From Prorocentrum cordatum (taxonomy: Eukaryota): a DNA stretch of 56,159 nucleotides. The stretch is from NCBI GenBank assembly GCA_963575745.1, contig CAUYUJ010000108.1, positions 62,001-118,159 on the forward strand, in the 5' to 3' direction. Below are positions 49,001 through 56,159 of the stretch, piece after piece (the first letter of the stretch is position 1; each line of letters opens with the position of its first letter). The notes beneath the pieces are model-generated. The model searched no databases and had not been told where the DNA came from. It worked only from the letters and a program-made list of their open reading frames with translations. The position numbers were made by a program, and so were the translations under genes.

Positions 49001-50579
49001 CAAAGGATGAGGGGGTGGCCGATGCCGGCCTGTCTGGGGTGATATGAGTTCATATTTCGGATGGGCGATGGGGCAAAAACACCTGTGCATTGCGATGCGA
49101 AAAGGGGGCGTGTTAAGTCCCGGGGGGATATATCCTAATTCATTTAAGCGGAATAATCAAAGGGCGTTCGAGCCATTTCGACATGTGCGTGCTAGAGGCA
49201 AGTTTGGTACCGATGGTTTGCGTAAGAGTTCGCACGTGCCCGAGCGCAAGCTCTTTCTTGAAAACCCTCCTTGCGAAGACATGTGTTTCATGCATGTTCG
49301 GGACAGTCGATTTTGCGATCCTCACGAAGCCGAGCGTTTTTGAAGGATTTCGGCTTGCGCGCGTGCCGACGCGCGCGTGTGCGCCTCGTCCAGTTTTTTT
49401 TTTGCATGGGGTTTTGATAAACGAATGTGCGCGCGTCTTTTTCTTTGCAGAGGATGAAGGGGCGGGGGCCGGCCTGGCTGGGGTGGCGTGAGTTCAGTTA
49501 TCGTGTGGGCGATGGGGCAGAATCGCATAAAAATTGCAACGCGGAAAGGCGGGCGATTAATTCGGGGGGGGGTTGTAGATCCTACTACCCCATTACAGAA
49601 AGAGAACTCGCACTGCCGAAGTTGAATGCGTCAACTCCGCGGCTCGCGCAGCCGCCCCACCCGCCCACCCGCAATTTAGTTTGCAAGACACATGCGGCTG
49701 CGACTGTGATGAATGCTTGGTCTTGGCTGGTGCGTCTCTGCGGCCGCGCTGGCCCGCTCGTGCTCGCGCGCGCAGCGGCCAGCTGGCTCGGCTCGACCCG
49801 ACGCGGCCCCCCGTGGCGCTGGCCGCCGGGCACCTCCCACGGGACACCACAGTGCGAGTCGGCGACTTTGGCGGGGGCGGTATCATGGCAGCGTCGACAG
49901 CGGTGGGCGCGACGATGGTTGTCGCGATTCTGATGACGATGATGACAACGGCGGCGGCGAGGCAACCCGCGGCGCCGATGCTGATCGCGCCGACGACGAT
50001 GACGGCGCCCTCGCGTCGCTGATGAAGGTTTAGCAGCGGGTTCGACATGGGCGCGCGGCCGATGCGCGAGTGGCCGGCATGGTTTTATTAGGCGCGGATC
50101 GTGCCCCCCCCCAGCGCGCGCGCAAGGGCGTTTGAATGATTTCGATATGCGGTGCGAAAAGCCCGCTTGGGTGAATTCTACGAACATGTTGAACAACTAA
50201 ATGGTTCCCTCAAGAATTCGCAGGGGCACGAGCGCAAGCATTTTTGCAAACTGATGCTGCAAAAACATCTGTTTTCGTATGCTCCATCGGGGCGCTCGAC
50301 TTGGCAGCCCCTACGACGTCGACATTCTTCTGAGGAAGGCCGCGTGCGCGTGCGACGACGCGCGCGGGCGCACATCGTCCCGTTGTTCGCAAGGGAGTGC
50401 TTACGGCAGCGCACGCGCAAGGCCGCTCGAGCGATTTAGACGACATGCGCGCGCAAGGGGCCCGTTGGGTGGCATGCAACCAACATGTTGAACAACCAAT
50501 GGTTTGTTTAGATATCCACCGTAAGAGCCCGAACGTTTTTGTTTCTTTGTTTTTTGTTTCGTTGCTTGTTGTTTTTTGT

Positions 50580-50624
<45 letters not shown>

Positions 50625-52290
50625 TTATATATAAAGAAAACAATCATTTGTTTGGGAAGCCCGTCTTGTGAAACCGTGTTTTTTTATGTATTTTCGGGGC
50701 GCGCGATTTTGAAATCCTTGCGAGGCCTATCGAATGTCGAAGATTTCGGCATGCGCGCGCGACGACGCGCGCGTGTGCACTTTGTCTAGTTTGTCGCGGG
50801 GGATTTTTGAAAGCTGGTGATTTTGGATGAACAAATGCGCGCGCATATAGTATTTGTCTGCAGAGGATGAGGCGGGGGGGCGATATTGGCCTGCCTGGGA
50901 TTGTATGAACTCACAATTAGGATGGACGATGAAGCAGAGTCATTTGTAAATGGCAGTGCGAAGAAAGGAACCGTCAAGTCTGGGGGGGTCGATCCTAGTA
51001 TTAGAAAGAAGAAATAATTGCTGTTCGCAATGAGTTGTCAACGCCACTGCTCGCGCAACCATCCCGCCACCCCACCCGCGACTTGGTTTGCAAAACGCAT
51101 GCGGCGGCGATTGGCGATTGTGATGAATGCTTGGTGTTGGCTAGTGCATCTCTGCGGCCGCGCTGCCCTCGCATGCTCGCGCGCGAAACGGCCAGCTGGT
51201 TTGGCGCGACCGACGCGGCCCCAATGGCGCTGACAGCTGGGCACTTCGAAACGGGCACTTCAGTGCAAGTCGGCGACTTGGGCGAGGGCGGTCGCATGGC
51301 AACGTCGACAACGGTAGACACGATGATGGTAGTAGCGATGCTGGTGACGATGATGACAACGGCGGCGGCGAGGCCACTAACAGCTCAGATGCTGATCGCG
51401 CCGACGACGATGACGGCGCCTTCGCGTCGGTGAAGGTCTTGGATGGAATTCGGAATGCACGCGCAGCCGACGCGCGAATGGCCCGCATGATTTTCTTTGA
51501 CACGGATTGTGCTCCCCCAGCGCGCTCGCAAGGACTTTCGAATGACTTCGACATCGGGCGCGAAAGGTCCGTTCGGCCGAAGTGCATGAACATGTTGCAA
51601 AGTCTCAAGCATCTTAAGAATCCGCAGGAGCGCGAGCGCCGGCAATTTTAACAACTGATGCCGCACAATATTTTGGTTGTTATACTATAAATATGTCTTC
51701 GGGGCACCCGGGTTTGAAATCCTTACGGAACCGCCGGTTTTAGAAGGAATTCGGCATGCGCGCGCGACGACGCGCGCGTGTACACTTCGCCCGATTTGTT
51801 GCAAGGGATTCTTACGACAACACGCGCGCAAAGGCGTTTTTGCGATTCCGACATGCGCTCGCGAAAGGCCCGTTTGGTAGCATATTGCGAACACGTTGAA
51901 AACTGGTTGTTTCGTAAGAATTCGCAGGAACCCTTGCGCAGGCCTTTTTGTGCACATTTCTTTCGTAAGTATTAAAACTGCGGGACACTCGATTACAACA
52001 TCCCGACGCAACTTGTGTTTTTTGTTTGAAGGATTTCGGCATGCGCTCGCGACGGCGCGCGCGTGTGCACTTCGTATCGTTTCTTGCAAAGAAGGTTTTG
52101 TAACCTGATGAATTTGGATAAACGGGTGTGCGCGCATACTGTTTTTTCAAGAGCATGAGGGGGGGGAGGATACGGCTTTAGCTGGGATGCTACGAGGTCA
52201 TACTTAGGATGGACGATGGGACATACTCGCATGCAAAGTGCAATGCGAAACAAAGGGTCCGTTAACTCCGGGGGGGGGGGTAGATCCTAA
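46100..52290 (+). repeat. Complex repeat region with three diverged ~550-600-bp modules (~46130-46720, 49660-50265, 51070-51660) and five copies of a ~140-bp module
   Basis: Shared CACCCGCAA..TTTGCAAAACGCA..GATGA(G/A)TGCTTGG.TTGGCTGGTGC; the module GGATGA(G)GGGG..GGATGGACGATGGGGC..CGGGGGGG..ATCCTA recurs at ~48725, 49004, 49452, 50863 and 52155. Confidence 0.7.
47112..48460 (+). repeat. ~90-bp tandem minisatellite, about 15 units
   Basis: CACGTTTCGTGGCCCCGTAGGGAGCTCCACTGAAGGCCCCAGTGGCTGCGTTCGCATGCGCCCGCCGCAC..TTTCGGCACACCCCT repeats at ~90-bp spacing. Confidence 0.92.
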
Positions 52291-53307
52291 TGCTCTTTTA
52301 GAAAGGAAGCTCTATGCGGTGCAATATGAATTCTGTTTCTGGCAAGATAGTTGCTTCCACAGTTTGGCACAAACGGGGGAGACGGGTTTGCAGCAACGGC
52401 TCCGCAGCCGTTTGCCTCAGAGGCCCCACAGAGGGCCGCGCTGGCAGCACACTCCGCACTGCACGACAGCGCTGAATCCAGGGGAGAAGTCATCGCCTGC
52501 CGCCCAGAGGGGAGGCCCTGAGGGAGGCCCCTGGCCTGCCCGCCGCGCGCGCGCTGGGCGCCGCTTCGGAAGGGCGAGCGGCCAAGAGCGCCCCGCCGCC
52601 TCACGGGGTGGCGCCAAGAGGCGGGGTCGAGGAACTGGCTTCTGGCCCGATCGGGGGGACCTTCTCCCCAGGAGGAGGCGGAGGAGGAGGAGGAGGAGGA
52701 GGAGGAGGAGGAGACCGAATGCCAGCAGAGGCTGTGCATCATTCCTCCGATGCCCAGCGAGGGACGCCGGACCCCCCGCAGTCGGTGGCCCGTCGTGCGG
52801 GTGCCCCGCCGTGGCCCCCCCCACATCGTGGCCCCTCATCGTGCACGTGCGTGTAGCCCCTCGGGGTTCTCGGCCGCAAGGGCGTCGTATATCGCGAGAG
52901 GTGAGCCTGATCGCCTCTGCCCCTTTGGAGGGCCCCCCGAGGGCCTTCAAGGGCCCCTGGGCGCCCATGTGCAGTAACCTCCGGGGACCCCGGATCGAGT
53001 GCCGAGGAACCACTCTCACAGGAAGTAAGCACCTCCAGGAACAGCGCCCTTTGGCAAACGCACCTTGAGCAGGAATCGAACCGGGCAGACCTGTTTAGTG
53101 AACGCCCAACGCCAATTGTGGGGGTCCGGGTGGCTTTTCCTCCTTTGGCTGAAGACCTCCGGAGCAAGGAGAAGGGAGGATGATGGTGAAGACAAGGAAG
53201 GCAGACAGCAAAACGCCACATACAACTTCTTGCCTTCTCATCCCAAACTCCGCAAGTAGAGGCCTCCAAAATGGGGTGCGAGCAGATGGGGTCGGAGGAT
53301 CGCGCCG

Positions 53308-53440
53308 CATCGCCGATACATCGGCGATGTATCGGCGATGCATCGGCGATGCACCGGCGATATATCGTCGACGTGGGTGCTGCATCGGCGACGTCGGCGT
53401 GGAGAAAATCGGACTCCACATCGAGCCGCATCGGCGATGC
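53308..53440. repeat. 11-bp quasi-palindromic tandem repeat (CATCGGCGATG)n
   Basis: Directly visible; related motif at ~55862-55894. Confidence 0.8.
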
Positions 53441-53629
53441 GGCGCGCGTTCCCGACCCCATCCACTCGGACTCCATCGAGGAGGCCCAGAGCAGGGGGGA
53501 AGCGGCAATCCCAAATCCACCCAGATACGGAGCAGCCCGGCACCAGAGGCCTGGCCATCCTCTGCTGACAGCGTGGCGTCGTCCCGCCGCCGCGCGCCGC
53601 GCGCCGCGCACAGAGGGCCCCACACTTTT

Positions 53630-54113
53630 TGGTCCGCGGGTCGAGAGCGGGCCTCTTCCGGTCAAGAGCCAGGCGGGGGCGCGCCAAGCACGAATTGGGG
53701 AGACAGGGCGCGGGCGGGCGGGGCCTCAGGCGGCCAGAGAACGCGGGGTGCAGAGGGCCACGCACACGGGCAGCTGGTGGGGCCGGAAGCCCCGGGCAGC
53801 CTCTGCAGGCGGCGCCGCCCCGCCTGGCGACAGGGGGCCCCGCGGCGCGCACGGGGCGCGGCAGGCCACGCGCGCGAGCAGCTGGCGAGGCCGGCGCGCG
53901 TGCCCCGAGCAAAGGGGGCCCCGGGCACGGGCTGGAGCAGTCGAGGAAAGAACAGGATGCGCACCACGCAGCAGCAGCAACAGTTACAATGCCTCACGCA
54001 GACGCGCACAATTGCTTTTTTCTGGTCTGCGGGCCGAGAGCGGGCCTCTTCCGGTTAAGAGCTAGGCGGGGCGCGCAAAGCACTAATTGGGGAGACAGGG
54101 CGCGGGCGGGCGG
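53630..54113. repeat. ~92-bp direct repeats bracketing ~300 bp
   Basis: TGGTC(C/T)GCGGG(T/C)CGAGAGCGGGCCTCTTCCGGT(C/T)AAGAGC...AATTGGGGAGACAGGGCGCGGGCGGGCGGG at ~53630-53722 and ~54023-54113. Confidence 0.8.
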
Positions 54114-54273
54114 GTCAGACGCACACACGCACACAACAGCTGCGCCTGGACCGTGCACCGGCAGAGGCATCGACAGATCAGGACACACGCGCGGATCCGA
54201 CATGCAATGAACGTGCGTGGAAAACGTTGCAGAACTGCCGTGGCCAAACTCCGTTTGTTCGATGTTTTGCCAC

Positions 54274-56159
54274 CTAGACCGCGGTAAGCAATACCTGAGG
54301 ATCTGCCCAACCACCCACGACGCTTGGCAACTCTGATGGACGGGCGTGAGCTGGGGGCTGGGCAGGCAACTTGCCTGGGACGTGCGCGCCTCGGCTCGCA
54401 CCCGCTTCCCGGCTCCGCGGCGGAGACGCGCTGCTTCCAAGAACGGCAACGGCAATGGGGAGAGAGGCACGCTGCGGCGACCATGACAACGACGACGACG
54501 GAAATCGACGCTGGAGGACCGCGACGCGACAGCGGCCAGAACCACAACCAAGGAAGGCGGAAGGCATCTGGCGATGGCCGCGATCGCTGCAACCGCCATC
54601 GGCGACGGTGACGACGGCGATGCCGAAGGACTCTCTTTGGGGCGCCGCGGGGCAGCCTGGAGTGTGCGCCACCACCCACCGCCACGTGAGATTCAGCCGT
54701 ACGCCCGCCGCGTCGGCTCTCCCGCACTCCTTCAGGGCGGCGTGCTTGTAGTGACGCTGGGTCATCCCCTCCATAGTGCAAAGGTCGCCCCCCGCCAGCT
54801 GAAGGTGCGTCTCGCACCACCCACCCGCCCACTTGCGCAGGCTGAAACACCGGGCCTGTCCCAGAGACAGCGAGATGATCGTGCAGTCCGTGTACCAACC
54901 CTGGAACAAATCCTCGTCGTCGGCGTGCCACCCGACAGAGTCCCACTCGCTGTCGTACCGGTTGAGGTTGCAACTATTGGGCCACGAGTCCTGGAGAGGG
55001 AAGCCGCACAGGGGCATGACCTCAGAAGATCAAATAACGAGAAGACGAACATACACTTTCTGAGGTCCGACCAGGTTTCTTGGGTCGGCGCTGGACCTCC
55101 TCTCGCGCACGGGGCGGCGGCGGAGGCGCCGCTGGGGGTGGCCCTAAGCATTGTTTCACCGATTGCAGTGTTCACTGCCATGGCCTTGGCCCCACTGGCC
55201 GTCTTCCCCACCTAAGTGGGGATGCATGCTGCTTCCCTCCGGTTTCGCGGGAAATCTCCCCACTTTTGGGGTCGGCTGGTGGGGCTGAGATCATAACCAT
55301 ACCCCAGCGAGGACAGGGATCGGTCAAACGATGCTGAGGTCCAGCGCCGACCCAAGAGCCCCGCGCGGGCCTCTGAAGGTTTGTGTTCCCAGACCCTCGA
55401 CGTCATGCTTTTTTCGCAACGTGGACCCCTCTGGAGGTCTCGACCCATTTCCCAGGACAAGCTTCTCATCCCGAGCCGTTTGGCCTGGCAGGGGCCCATC
55501 GAGGCCGAAAATAGCGAAGCACCTCCCGCCGTGTTTTTTTTTTTTTTGCGCGAGCATGTCTGGGTTTATGCAACCTCTCGTTCTCCGAGGCCTCGGCCAT
55601 AATCTCCAGCATCCACTCCGGGAACGGCACAGGCCTCATGGTGAGGCCGCCGTAGCCGTAGGCGCAAGTACACGGCGGCGCCACCATCCAGGCGGTCCAC
55701 CTCGGGCCCGTCCTGTCCCAAGGCACGCCTCCGTCCACCACGTTGAAGAACCGGCTGGCCACTGGGCCTGGGAGGGCCCCAGGGAGGTGCCCGACGTAGC
55801 ACCTTGCGAGGGGGACTGATAGGGGGGCCTTGCTCAGGGGGTAGGAAACATTGGTTTGGAGTCGGCGATGTATCGTCGATGGATCGGCGATCGGCCCCCG
55901 GCAGCGAATTTTCACGCTCTTGGGCGGGCGGGCTATCAGGTCCCTATCGGCGGCCAATGGGCGGTTGGGGAGTCGATGCGTCCCCCCGAGCCTTTCCTCC
56001 CCGGCCGACGTTGCCCCCGACTCTGGCGTAAGGGGAGGGCTCCTGGTGGAGACGTGTCCTGGGCCCCAGAGATTTCCCAGGTCAAAGGGTACACCCCGCC
56101 ACTCCGTGACAGGAGGCGGCAAAGCTGATCTTCGGCTGAGTGCCAGAATCACTCCAGTC
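54274..56159 (-). CDS. AlkB-family (ALKBH2/3-like) 2OG-Fe(II) dioxygenase, spliced, 5'-partial; exons >=56159-55992, 55802-55592 and 55020-(~54640 or stop at 54274)
   Basis: RWTAW..YGYGG..PFPEW, PNSCNLNRY, GWHADDE (HxD), IISLSLG, GDLCTMEG, YKHA (distal H), RLNLTWR (2OG-binding R). GC-AG introns 55991-55803 (phase 2) and 55591-55021 (phase 0) join in frame (EER|CYV; IMAE|VMPLCG). The C-terminus beyond ~54640 is uncertain. Confidence 0.85.

Overview
This window is GC-rich, repeat-dominated eukaryotic DNA, most consistent with a dinoflagellate genome such as Prorocentrum. That assignment is inferred from GC-AG introns with AG|G junctions, very large (GAG)n and (TATG)n tracts and the element types present. 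Most long ORFs in the track are microsatellite artefacts. Recognisable content: (1) a ~5.35-kb degenerate non-LTR retrotransposon (minus strand, 5453-10807) in a (GAG)n tract, with APE-RT-three zinc fingers, a second overlapping ORF downstream of pol, no upstream ORF1, and an (AGTC)4 tail; (2) a ~1.97-kb element (minus strand, 17189-19153) whose only recognisable domain is a tyrosine recombinase, yet which keeps an A1-ORF-B1-A2-B2 split-direct-repeat layout with an internal copy of the circle junction; (3) a Helentron/DINE-like non-autonomous insert splitting a ~160-bp satellite; (4) MITEs, a long inverted repeat, a second RT relic, and several satellite and dispersed repeat families; (5) the 3' part of a spliced AlkB-family 2OG-Fe(II) dioxygenase gene at the right edge, plus a few candidate exons of an unidentified plus-strand gene. 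All coordinates and identities were read by eye and no database searches were run.
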